This document shows positions 38,960-52,099 of a stretch of DNA of 64,000 nucleotides, piece by piece (position 1 is the stretch's first letter; every line of letters begins with the position of its first letter). The stretch spans positions 139,314,001-139,378,000 of the forward strand of contig OZ024742.1 in NCBI GenBank assembly GCA_964016885.1, given 5' to 3'. The stretch is from Eledone cirrhosa (Eukaryota). The notes below the pieces were generated by a model. The model made no database searches and had not been told where the DNA came from. It saw nothing but the letters and a program-made list of their open reading frames with translations. The position numbers and the translations under genes are program-made.

Positions 38960-39194
38960 ATTATTACCTGAATTGCGTTTTTTCTTTTATATTTAATTTC
39001 ATATCAATTTAATTTAATTTCTGGGAAAGTTTTCATTTGACTAGACATTAATTGTAATGACTTTTGTAAGGGATGGAGGGAGTCTGTAGAATTAACACCA
39101 GACTATTACTGGTATTTGTTTTATAAACTCATTGAGTGATAAATTAGAAAGTTGATTATGACAGACTTAAGATTACCACTAACATTTGCCAAAG

Positions 39195-39200
39195 AATAAA
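39195..39200 (+). promoter_or_regulatory. Candidate polyadenylation signal
   Basis: AATAAA ~235 nt after the stop codon. Confidence 0.35.
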
Positions 39201-39624
39201 AAATATAGCATTAAGTTTGAGGTTTATTGTCTCTCAGATATTTTCACTTTGTTCCCACATTCGAAACAATGAGTAAGCCTGTACGTGATTACTCGTTATG
39301 GGGGGGGGGGGGGAATCAGCTGACTTAGTTCATCCCAAACCCCAACTGTCTTAATAGAAATTTTTAAAAAACGCATTAGGTAATGGAGTCTCAAATGTTT
39401 CTTATAATTATGGAATGGTCAAGGCTGGAATGTCCTTTTTCATAAGTCTTTTTAATTAATGTTGACCTGAAGCCAAATATAACTAATAATATTGATCACT
39501 AAGTAAACATACAAATACTGGGTCTCGTCTTTTCCTAAGTATTTATTCATGACACAAGCACTGATGCATTGAATAGAATCAACTATTACCCATTTGTGAT
39601 CTGATCTATATATATAATGGTGAT

Positions 39625-40015
39625 AATTGTTTCTACTTTTGGCACAAGGCCAGCAATTACCCAGTGCATTACTGGTACTTTATTTTATCGACCCCGTAAG
39701 GATGAAAGGCAAAGTCAACCTCGGCGGGATTTGAACTCAGATCGTAAAGGGACGTAACTATGCTGGAAAGCATGGCGTCCGACCCTCTACCGATACTGCC
39801 AATCACCGTGATAATCCCTATTGTTTAGATCTATATATACATAGGGGACCATCTCTATTGGAAGGTAGCGGATTGGCAGAGTAGTTAGAAGCGTCGGATA
39901 GTTTTTTGCAGTATTCATTCAGGATCTTTGCTCTCTGACTTCAAATCCCGCCGAGGTGAACTTTGCCTTTCGTGGTCGATAAATAAAGTACCACTCTAGA
40001 ACTGGGGTCGATTCT
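39625..40015. mobile_element. Two SINEs, 39625-39805 (-) and ~39862-40015 (+); further degenerate copies at ~40320-40410, 41500-41680, 41880-42010 and 42835-42925
   Basis: Match to the SINE head and core seen at 20126. Confidence 0.8.
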
Positions 40016-42221
40016 TCTTTCATATCTCTTTCTCCCTTCCTCTCTCTCACTTTTTATCCTTATCTGGAAGTAATCTGCTGTCTACAGACTTGGAAAAAGG
40101 GATGGGCTCCGCCAGGCTTAAAACTACCCAAGAAACACCGTATGTCACTACGGCACCCTACGACTCCACCAGGAGAAACAGAACCACAGCACACCATCTC
40201 TATTATTTTTCTCAGAAATTCAGAAATCTATCTTCCACCATATAAAGTAAAATGTTCTGACAAACACAAAAAGGAAAACAATGGCCACAAATGATTTGAA
40301 GGAAAAGCAAAAATAACCTCAGCGGGATTTGAATTCAGAACGTAATGGGCTGTTACTACTTGCCACAAAACATGTTGTCCGATGCTCTAATGACTCGGCC
40401 AATCCACTACGCTCTTTATGCTATTAATATTAATACATAAATGTGACTAGGATTGAAAAGCAAGAGCTGATGCTAAGGCCAAGTAGTTTCAGTTTGTGGA
40501 TGTAGCTAATTTCTATTCTAATTTGGCTATTATGATTTCACGAACGTTAATAATATCCCAGTGATAAAGACACAAGTATCCTTATGACAAATACTATGTG
40601 CTTCTTCCTTTTCTACTTTAAATCTACGCGTTTTGCCTTTATCAATAAGAAGTCAGTTTAGGTGTCGTGGTGGCAGAATTAGGAGAGTATCAGATGAAAG
40701 TAATTAAATTTTTTAATTTGGCACTTATATTTCCCCAACGTTACAATTACAGGCCATCATGTAAAAACAATTAAGGAGTTGTAGTTTAACCTCAAATAAT
40801 CCCTACGTGAAGAGACCTATGATGAAAAGTATTCCAGCAATGATCATGAATTCTTTTTTTAATTTTTATTTGTGACTACTGTAGACAGTGCTCCAGCAGT
40901 GTTTATCATGATGCTAAATGAACTAAAGAACAGAAGAACTATATCCAATGTGCCCTTAATTTTTTAAAACAGTAGAAATTCTGTTTGATTTGACCTGCTA
41001 TTTGTAGCTTCTCCAGTGACAGTATAGTTGCTCCTTCATTTACTCAGTAAAAGCTGAATATTGTCAGTATGGTAACGCAAATGTTAGGATCAACTTATGG
41101 GGCCTTAGCCTTTGATTAATGTGATTTACTCGTCGTAGTCAATTCCTCAAGCCACATTTCTCTTATGAAAGGTATGAAAGTCATAACTTCCCCTGAACTT
41201 CTTAAAATTTAAAAATCAGTATTAAAAGAATAATATACCGATGATAAAATAAGTGAAATTTAACATAATTTTCATTCAATATAATTTTGTTTTCGTTTCT
41301 TGTATTGATCCGAAAACGTAATGTGATTAAATAATGCCATTCTAATGATATGTGTAATATGTCAAATTATGTTCTTGATTCTCTTATTGATTTGAAATTC
41401 AATGATTGTTAAAATAACTAATACAATAAATTTATTGCATTTTACAATTTCTTGTTGTTGTAATTATTCCTGCTAACATTGACACAAAGCAAGCAATCTG
41501 ACTTGGGAGTGGAGGTCGAACATATCGATTCAGTACTTAACTGGTACTTTATTTTATCGTATCAGGAATGATGAATAGCAAAGTTGACATTGCCTGGATT
41601 TGAACTCAAAACAGAAAGTTGTAACTAAATATTGCAAAATATTTTGTCCGGCGCTCTACCGACAATGCCAACCAACCCCTTGTTGTAATTATTCATCTTT
41701 ATTTAATTGTGCAGAATTAATATTTTATTTTCTTGTTTCTTTTTTTTTTTACTGTTGGTTAGTGGGGGTAGGACAGTGCGTATAGCCCTTTTCAGGACCC
41801 TCTAGACAGGTCGAACAGAAGGTATTCTCAGACTCTAGGCATCCAAGTATGGGGTGGTGGTGGTGTTGTTACAGTAGCTGCAGCGAAATTTAAACTCAAA
41901 ACGCAAACAGCCGGAATAAACACCGTAAGGCATCTCGTTCACTGTTTTAACAACAGCCGGAACAAACACCACAAGGCATCTCGCCTGACGTTCTAACAAC
42001 TCTGCCAATCCACTACACTGATTTGGTACGTTATTTTCCCGGTCTTGAAAGCATGAAAGGCAGGTAAATTCACCTTATCAATTCGATGCAGTTGAATGTA
42101 ACATTTAGAAATTGTTTAGCAAGCTATCATAAGATTGACCTTGCAGTGTTTATTTGGCAAGACATCTCCACAACTCAACCCATACTATTATAAATTGGTA
42201 CCATATAGGTGGAGGCTTACA

Positions 42222-42419
42222 CGAGGGTCTGCTGAAAAGTTCATAGGCAAACCAAACTACTGTCATGAAATAACCAAATAAGGTTTATTTTTCAACATAG
42301 TCCCTGGAAAGAAACAATGCACTTATTAATAAGAAGAGTTGAAATTAATGCAAGCAAGATTTCACATTTCTAGCATCACTCCTTCATAGTCAGCCTATGA
42401 ACTTTTCAGCCGAACCCCG
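42222..42419. mobile_element. Mariner-like MITE
   Basis: TIRs cgagggtctgctgaaaagttcataggc / gcctatgaacttttcagccgaaccccg, with TA at the right flank. Confidence 0.75.
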
Positions 42420-43159
42420 TATATGTTGTTGAGAATTATTTCCGTAACTTTTGGGCTCAGGATTCGATCTTAATGTTTCAATAGAAACGTTTGCCACAAC
42501 TCACTCTTTATTAGCACATTCTACTGCACTATATATTTTGCGCTGACTGTAATAAAGACTGACAAATCCATTAGATTTAAGAGATTGGTTACGAAGAAAG
42601 GTGTAGATATACATCTTTGTGATTCATTTTGTCTCGATCTCAATATCAGCTGACAAAATTCATTTTTCAATTTGGCACAACGTGAAAAATTTGTAGTTTG
42701 AAGGGTGGAAGGAGTTGTATACTTAATAGAGTAGTTTTCTAGCATGTCTAACGCTTGTCATATTGTTTGTAAATATTACTTATCAATATAAGGAAGCGAA
42801 TTTGCAGACTCGTTATTACAGACTGCACCTATCTGCTCTCTGACTTCAAATCCACCTAAAATCAACTTTGCCTTTCATCCTTTCGAGGTAAATAAAAACG
42901 TATCTGTTCAATACTGGGGTCGATTCTTCCCCACTTCTCGTCTCCCCTACTCTGGAAGAAATCGGTTGATTTCTGTCTCTCTGTCAGAAAATAACCACCC
43001 CTATGAAGGAATATCGCTATAGCAATGTTATATAAGTCATACAAAATTTAGAAAATACCTGAAATTATCTTTCTAACTTGTGTGACGAAATTACATATAT
43101 CATATATGTTTATACTAGAACGCAGTATATTTGAAGATTTTAAGATAACAATTGATTTT

Positions 43160-43470
43160 GTATCTTGGGATGCAAAGTGTTACGACTTGTTCTCTTCCTC
43201 CAACCTTGCTGCTTCGGCCACAAACCCGGGTTCCGTTGCCAGCAATGCAGAGAAGAGAAAGATAGTTATATACTGGTGCCTGACCTATCGCTTCCTCTTT
43301 GTACAGGTCTCCATCGAGACTTCTGGTGTCCGTGGTCTCAACACAGCTCGTTACCTCAGTAAAATCGGAAAAACTGCAGCCCGATGAGGTGGGATGGCTG
43401 TTGCAGTGGGTGTCTCTGGCCATTCTTCGCAGTATTGCCGTTGACATTTTGTCGGTGGGACGCAGCTGAA
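43160..43470 (+). mobile_element. CRE-like non-LTR retrotransposon C-terminal restriction-like endonuclease fragment
   Basis: WDAKCYDLFSSS..PGSVASNAEKRK..Y..L..FVQVSIETSG, then LQWVSLAILRSIA. Confidence 0.6.
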
Positions 43471-44849
43471 ACACCACTCAGATTGGAGTGTAGTGCCTGT
43501 CCCTCCCTCTCCCTTTCTTTCCTTGCTTAATTCTTTATTTTTTATTTTTTATAATTTCCTTTTTTTTTTTTGTTTCCTTTACTGGTGTGTTTTGTTTTTG
43601 TATAACAGCTTGCAAAGTAAAAGGTTACACTTTAGCTATTCAAAAAAAAAAAGTCTTAGCTGCGAAAGAAATAAAGCGTGAAATGTAAACGCTATCATTT
43701 ATGCTTCCGTACACAGAGAAACATAAGAGATTATTATTAGGCCTGCATTTCATGTACTCTTATCTAGCATAATTATTTATAATTTATTTAATTACGACAC
43801 TAAAATATGTGTATGTCATGCAAAATTGATTGAGAGTTTTAAGTATTTATTATATTCTGCATAGCCATGCTCTAGCAATATTTCTCCATATAGAGAATCA
43901 TAAAAGTAGTTATTGTCTAATGAGGAGACACAAATCTAAATCTGCTAAGTTATTTTCTGTGTACGGAGGAATAGTTGAAAGTGTTTCATTTCATTTTTTT
44001 CACTGTTGAAAAGATATATCTTTTATCGCATCACCAGTCTGAGGAGCAGATCAATACTGGAGTCGGCTCCTAAGGGTCACCTTCAGCCAATCCTCTGCGA
44101 AACGCGCATAACAGGTCGATACGCAATAAATATGTTTCATATATAAACTATTTTCCAATTATGCGCCCTTTTGGCTGTATTACATTACAGACAAACAAGC
44201 AAGCAAGCAATCACAGAGTTTTAGTAGTATACTAGACCACCCGTTACCCAATGGGTCACGTTCACTTCAAAATATTTTTTTTTAAATCATGTTCTCTTAA
44301 AAATAATTTTTAAATTAAAATATACACAGACATGTATATATACTGTGAAATGAAACTGGAAGGCCCATATATATACGTGTGTGCGTGTGTGTGTGCGTGT
44401 GCGTGTGCGTGTGCGCGCGTGTGTGTGTATAGCGGCAATGAATTTCTTTTGCAGGCCTGGAAGCTCATGAAACAAGAGCAAACCTAGGCCAACTTAACTG
44501 TCCCGGCCGAAGCCATAGAAGCTCGAGGTTACGAGAACAGCCAGGGAGGATTGGCCTGAAGACTTGAGAAAAATCCTAGAACACGTCTTTCTTCAAAAAC
44601 AGGATTGTTATGCACGTAATGACCGAGGGCAAAACGTCGCACTGTTTCGTTTGCGACGAAGCAACCCATTTGTGAGCCTTCTACCCTCAACTGAAAAGCG
44701 CAAGAGGTCATCAACTACACTGATGCCGGGGCCGGGGCGGAGACCAACACCAGCACTGGCAATACAACCAGCAGCAACAACAGCGGAAATGCCACCACCA
44801 ACTTTGGTCACCCAGGGGGAAAACGAAGATCCCAGGTGCCCAAGTCGGC

Positions 44850-45630
44850 TGCAAGAGGCGCATATTACCTTGTTTTGGATGGTCTGCCCTTCGAGCTTTA
44901 CATAGATATGTTCTCCAATCTCCTTGAAGCACTCAACTGCAACTGACAGTACAATGGGAGTACTGATGAGGAAAGATGAGAACAAAGGGAAACGTCAGAC
45001 AACTTCAGGCCCATAACTCTGCTCAGCATAGAGTTTAAGATTTTGGCTAAGGTTTTAGCGAAGAGGTTAGCACTTGTCGTCGAGGATTTGGTAGAGGAAG
45101 CACAAACATGTACTATCCCGACCGGGTTCATAAACGACAACCTCCACCTCATGCGATGCATCATAGAGAGGGTAGGGTGTAAACCTGGCTTCGGTACGGC
45201 TGTGATCAATTTAGATCAATCGAAAGCTTTCAATAGGGTTGACCATCGATACCTGGAGGCTGTCATCAAAGCAGTTGGCTTCGGTCCGATCTTCAAACGC
45301 TGGATTGCTGAAATGCACAGCGTCATCAGCTTGGTGGCTAAAGTTAATGGCCACCTTTCGGAACCATTGAGATCTCCCGATTGGTCCATCAAGGGTGACC
45401 TCTCTCCTTCCCCTTCTGTACGTATTGACTCTCTACGCTGGAGCTCAGAAAGGCTGTGTCAGCATATGCAGACGACATTACCGTGATGGTGTCGAACACC
45501 TCAGATATTGAGGTGGTTGGCACCTTCTTGGAGGAATATGAAAGGTTGACGGGAGCAAAATTTAACCTGGAAAATTTGGTGGGCTTGCAGTTCGGCACCT
45601 GGGGAGGCATATCCATGCCGTCCAACAGCA
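44850..45630 (+). mobile_element. Degenerate Tx1-type LINE RT fragment
   Basis: AKVLAKRLALVVEDLV..DQSKAFNRVDHRYL..SAYADD with frameshifts; same family as 26632. Confidence 0.9.
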
Positions 45631-46459
45631 CATATATACATATATATATGTGCGTGCGTGTGTGTATTTGTGAAGAGAGAAACACCTGTATATGACTGGA
45701 TAGTATACCAATTTAAGTGAAGTACAGAATTAAAAACCAGGACTGACATTTCTCCATTGCTTGTAAATATTTTAGTCTAAACATAAAGTGGGGACAAAGC
45801 GCTCTGAGTTGGTGAAAATTTTGAAATTCCCAATTAGATGCTCTCTAGTATTAATGATTTTACTTCCCCTTCAATCAGAGTTCAAATATCATTGGAGTAA
45901 AAATTGCCTCCAGGGTTATATAAATGCCTTAGAGGCAAAAGTTTGGTGAAAGCTACAGCGTTAAAATCTAAATACACTTTCCTAAATTGCAGAAATGAGT
46001 AAGTAAATGCTTCATTCATTTATAAACCAATGCTAGATTTATTATTTATTTTATTTTATTTATGGTTTTCAAAATAACCTTCACATGTTGTTTGAATTTC
46101 AGAGGTTCTGACTGTGCAAAAAGAAAAAAAAGATAAATAAAAAAATCCAAATGTAATTTTGGTCGTGACCTTTTCACTGACAACATACCTAATGATTTAT
46201 CCAGGTGTGAAGTAGTATATATGCTGGTTATAATAGGGTGCTGTATTAAAAAATCTCCACTGGACAAAACTAATAATATTTTTATCTAGATGATTTGCTT
46301 TGAACAAGTAACAATAAATATTCTGCTATAATTCCTACTTTAGTTAAAATACAACAAATTTATTTTATTGGTCAAATATTTTGTAATATGCACCAAGCTA
46401 TATTGTTGCTTTCATAAAATACCTGGGCATTGTTGGGTGCCTCTGCTAGTATATATATC

Positions 46460-47198
46460 ATCATCCCCGTTTTACGTCGATTCTTCCAGGCTAGCATGGG
46501 TTAGACAAGTTGTCCTTTTGTGGGCAATGTTAGGTCGGATGACCTACCTTCTATTGCTCATACGGTAACTGATGATTCTGGCTTGATTTCTACAGCTGGA
46601 TGCCCTTCCTAGCACCAACCTCATTTACAGTGTGTGCTGGGTGCTTTTTTTCTGTGGCGCCTACACGTCCACTTTACAGTGTGGTCTGGGTGCTTTTTTG
46701 TCGTGGCACCTCCACGACCACTTTGCAGTTGGAGGGGATGGGGGCATAGTGCCTATATGCTTCGGCTTCGGCTTGTTCCTGTGGGAAGCCAGGTCTTCTG
46801 TATTACTGCGTGACGTCAGAGATCACGGTCCTGTGTCATCGCCGTTGAGAGGTGCAATTGGGCAAGGTCCGCTTTTATCAACTCGTTCCAGGTCTTCTTG
46901 GGTCTCCCACTCCACGTCTTCCATCAACATTTAGTGCTCTGCACCTTTTTATGCAGCTGTCATCCTTCATACGCCTCACATGTCCATACTAACACACCCT
47001 TCTCTCCTGCACACAGCATTTAATCCTTCTTATGTTCAGTTTCTCTCTCAGTTCGTTTGTGCTTTGCCGTTCGCGTATATTACTATTTCATATCCATCGG
47101 AGCATGCAAGCTTCGTTTCTTTCTAATCTAGAGCAAGTCTTCTAGGCACAGCGCCCAGGTCTCACTACCATGTAACATTACTGTTCGTATACACGCAT
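46460..47198 (-). mobile_element. RTE-type LINE 3' end
   Basis: The reverse complement encodes HGSETW..MLRWI.. and ends in a (gat)n tail; homologous to 52100-52870. Confidence 0.75.
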
Positions 47199-47199
47199 C

Positions 47200-47349
<150 letters not shown>

Positions 47350-47833
47350 AAGGTATTTTGTATTTTATTTTATAATTATTGATATCATATTTACCTTTAT
47401 CTTTTGAATAATATGCAGCCATAAATCCTCGGCTAAGAGCTGCTCAATTAGTTGAGTATCAAATACACATTCTATTGGATGAAGAAATTATACTAACATG
47501 TTCTGGTCCACAAAATCGTCCAATCAAATTCTCTGTTTGGATATCTGGCAAAACAAGAAGACAAGAGTAATAAATGAAACGTCACAAAATCATGTTTATA
47601 TACATGATAAGCACTATAATCAAATAATCACTATACTCAATTCAATTATGATGTGTAAGCTGCAGCTACACATCATTAATGAATATTTAAAATGCACTTT
47701 GCTATTGAGCATTTTTATCCTGTCTATAAGTAAGACATGAATATATATATATATATGATATATATTTGATATATATATGATGTATATGATATATATGATA
47801 TATATATATGTGACATACATATATGATATATAA

Positions 47834-47905
<72 letters not shown>

Positions 47906-47914
47906 ACATATTTA

Positions 47915-47961
<47 letters not shown>

Positions 47962-47983
47962 ACATATTTATGATATATATATA

Positions 47984-48027
<44 letters not shown>

Positions 48028-48088
48028 TATATATATATATATCATATATATATGTATCATTAATATAGAAATGGTTTAATATAGAAAT

Positions 48089-48139
48089 GGTTTCTACAAG
48101 TCGAGAACTGTTTCATTATGGAGAAATCATCAGGAAGCC
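48089..48139 (-). ncRNA. Minimal hammerhead-like motif (PLE remnant)
   Basis: ggcttc CTGATGA tttctccataat GAAAC ag..tt GTA gaaacc; stem II is poorly paired. Confidence 0.4.
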
Positions 48140-48299
48140 AACTGTCCAAGTAATATGGTGTTATTTATTCTCTAGTGGTAGGAGAGGGTGGGGATCGGTA
48201 TGGGTGGAGGAATTCTTTAAAAACTATATTTAACAAAGGCAGAACAAATTCTGTAGACAGGTTCACACTGGGGGGGGGGGCACTCCTGATATAATCACT

Positions 48300-49108
48300 C
48301 CTTCCAGACTGAAGGACTGATTATATCAGCACAAGATCAGTGTCCGCCAACAAAAAATGATCAAGCCAACATCATAAAAAATGGATGCAACCCATTATGC
48401 CGTGTATGTAAAATACAACCTAAGACCATTGACCATATAATTTCAATGTGCAGTCCTATAGCTCCAACCGAATACCTAAACAGGCACGACAGAGCTGCAC
48501 AATACATACACTGGGTAATGTGTAAGCATTTTGACCTGCCCCATCAAAAGAATTGGTGGGAGCATAAACCACCTCCCGTACTTGAAAAAGATCACATCTC
48601 AGTCTTCTAGAAATTTAGCATCCAAACAGACCGTCAAATAGATGCAAATAGACCTGATATAATACTGAAGGACTTTAAAATGAAGGAATACCTGCTAATT
48701 GATATGTCCGTTCCAACAGACAAGAATGTATCTATAAAAACATTTGAAATATTGAGCTGGAGATAAAGACCTGGAGATAGAAATTGGAAAAATGTGGAAG
48801 TTGAGAACTAAAACAATACCAGTGGTTGTGGGCGCTCTAGGAATGATACCTAAGGGGTCTACTGATTCCTTATCCCAAATCCCAGGAAACGCGCGTATAG
48901 AAAAATACAAAAGATAGTACTAATAGGAACTGTCCATGTACTAAGGAAGATTCTGTCAATATATTGTACATCACAACATAGGTACATCACTAAAGATGCA
49001 TCGGTATGTATATGTGTCCTTTCTTGAACATGGCGGACCTTGTTGTCTCTTGAGATCACTGGTTGTGACTTGGTGATAACTCGTATGAACATAAAGCAAG
49101 ATAAATGA

Positions 49109-49143
<35 letters not shown>
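48300..49143 (+). mobile_element. R4/Dong-clade non-LTR retrotransposon 3' fragment with (TAA)n tail
   Basis: EGLIISAQDQ..CRVC..TIDHIISMC..YLNRHDRAAQYIHW..ANRPDIIL..IDMSVP..IPVVVGALG (CCHC motif plus RLE). Confidence 0.8.
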
Positions 49144-49145
<2 letters not shown>

Positions 49146-52096
49146 CTTTCTTTATTTACCACAAGGGTTTACATAAAGTAGACATTAAGGACAGTACAGG
49201 ACAATACAGGGCGGTACAAATGGGCATTTCTGCGTGTAAAAAAAACAGGATGTAATAAAAAAAAAAAAACAAGAAACAGGATGTAAAAATAGAACAATGA
49301 AACAATTCCCCAATAGGGGGGAGACTTCCGAGGGACATTCGTGGAGAAAGCCCATTAAAAATCCACAGTGACCCTGACCACCAGGGCAAGTGCCTTCTCC
49401 CAGTTTTCCACCTTTAATTTAGAGACACATACTCAGAGTAGGGCCATTCACTCGGGCCATTCTTGCCTCTCTCACCCATCTTTCAACAAAATGCTGGGAA
49501 GAGAGCACTTCCCTCTCTACCCTGATTTTTCTTTTCAAATGAAATTTGAAAAAGTTAATCAGGGCATCACCGAAGAGGTAAGTGCTCGTCTTCAGCCCTT
49601 TCAAACGTGTCCACCATACTATCTCTTTCGCCATGGCCACCAGACAGATAAAAACTGCCTTCCCGGCTAAAGGAAGAGGGCGGGGCAATCCTCACGATGA
49701 ACTCAGCTGATAGCTGGGTCCGTCCTACACGCGACAACAGGTGTTCGACATAAACCCACAAGTCAGCAATGCTCAGACACTGGACGAGTGCGTGCAGGAC
49801 GGTTTCGTCGCCCTGTGGGCATCTCGGACATGCCCGGCTGACGGCACCTCCATGCCTGTAGAGTTTATCCCGAACTGGCAAGGCTCCTCGGTAGCACTGC
49901 CAGGCCAGAGATTTCTGGAAGTTGTTCATAGGCCCTGGCCCGAAAGTTCTTCCGAAGAGATTGGCTAGTTGATTTTCGTCGACGCCTAGAGTTTCCCCAA
50001 GTACGTCGTCGCTCTTCCCCTCCACTAATCCTCTATATAACGCCAAGGTGGAGTTTCCGCCGATCACATTGCCCGATTGGTCGAGGGCTGTGAGCGCCTG
50101 AATACGTTCCAGTCTCCAAGCGCTCCCTCTCGGTCTTCGCTTGACCCAGGACTGCATCCGTCAAGGAGACGAGCTGAGGAAAGACGCGTCTAGCAAACGG
50201 CGATCACACCTGATCACCGTCGAGGAAGAGGTGGAGATGTCGTAGCCTGAGCGCGTGTCTGCGCATCATCAGCCACGGCATTCCCAGCCCTCCACGTAGC
50301 GGGTGTTGACAGCAGATGGACCGCCTGACCATCGGAGCGCGTCTCTTCCACAAAAAGCGAAAGAGCAAACGCTCCAGCGCAGTTAGGCGGGGCTTAGGAC
50401 AAGGTACGACGGTCAGGTGGTAGTAGATGACGGACGCGATATACGCGTTAGCCACCTCCGCTCGACGTTTCAGGGATAGCTTCCTCTCCGCCCATTTCTG
50501 GGTGAGAGAAGCCACCCTGCTCGTCACCTCGTCCCAGTTTCTGTCCGTCTGGAGGTCCGGACCGAACCAGACCCTAGCAATTTAACCGGTCCCTCCGTCC
50601 AGCGCCCGACGACGCTGTTGGACGGCATGGATCTGCCTCTCCAGGTGCCGAGCTGCAGGCCCACTGACTTTTCCTGGTTGATCATAGCTCCTGTCACCGC
50701 TTCGTATTCTCTTAGTGTAGTGCCGATCGCCTCGATGTGTTTGGCGTTCGACACCACTACGCTGACATCGTCCGCATATGCTGATACGGATCTTCCGCAT
50801 CCCAGTTCGCGTGGGACCCCCCTCAGCGTCTCCAGTCTGTGCAGTAATGGCTCGAGAGTCAATACGTACAAGAGGGACGAGAGGGGACATCCTTGGCGGA
50901 CCGAGCGCATGATGTTGAACGGTTCCGAAAGGTGACCGTTCACTCTCACCACAGAGCAGATGTCGCTGTGCATGGCAGCGATCCAGCCTCTGAAGCTGGG
51001 CCCAAAGCAAGCCGCCCTCAGGACTGCCGCTAGGTAACGATGGTCGACCCTATCGAAAGCTTTCGACTGATCTAAATTGATCAAGGACCCACCTGTGCCA
51101 GGTTGCCTAGCTACCCTCTCTACGATGTATCGCATGAGGTGGAGGTTGTCGTGGATGGATCTGTCGAGAATGGCGCATGTCTGCGCCTCTCGCACCAGAC
51201 CACCAACGACAAGCACCAACCTCTTTGCTAGCACATTGGCCAAAATCTTGAACTCTGTGTTTAGCAGAGTTATGGGCCTAAAATTATCTATGTTATCCCC
51301 CTTGTTCGGATCCTTTCTCAGCAGCTCCACAGCTCCTCGGCTCACAAAGCTGGGAATTCTCCCGTTCTGTTACCAGTTGCAGTAGACGTCCGCCAAGAGG
51401 CCTCCGAACAAGTCTGGCATCTGTACGTAAAGTTCATAGGGCAGACCATCCAAACCAGGCGATTTACTCCTTGTGCAGCCAGTCATTGCCTCCCGTACTT
51501 CAGCGGCTGTTATCGGCTTTTCGCAACACTCCGCCTCAGTGGCCGAGAGCCGCGGCAGTCCGTCAAGGTAGACACTAAAGTCCATCCCTCGATCCGGCCC
51601 GCTGCTGCCCCCGAACAGCTGTGCCAAGTGTCGCTGAAAAGCTTCACACATTTGCCCGGGATCGAGTAGCATGCGCCCGTCGTGGTCCACCAAAGACCGG
51701 ATCGTGGCTTTGTTGCCACGACGCGCCTCCGCCACTCGGGCCCATTGAACGGCTTTCGTCCCCTCGTGTCTGAGAGCACGCACCCTAGCTCTGAAAACGC
51801 AGCCTTCGTGCTTTGCATTGAAGAATTGGTCAAGGGCCAATTTCACCGCAAGTACGTCGGTCGCGATGCCTTTGCTAAGCGCCTCGTCTAATTTTCTAAC
51901 TAATTCTCCCTCTGCTCTATTTTTCTCTATTGCTAAAGCCTTACTAAACCTAATGGACTCTATTCTAATTGCTCTTTTCAGAGCAAACCACCACTTGTTG
52001 TTGACGATGACCCCCGTCAACGCCCGCTTAACTAGTTCGCTAATCCGGTCTCTGTAGGCCTTGCGCGCTGGTAAGGACGCGGTTAGTTTCCAGTAA
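49144..52096 (-). mobile_element. Tx1-type LINE, 5'-truncated, disrupted ORF2
   Basis: The ORF pieces are collinear with the 1145-aa ORF2 (YWKL..YADD..CPRC), and the 3' end ccttgtggtaaataaagaaa is similar. Confidence 0.92.
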
Positions 52097-52099
52097 TAA

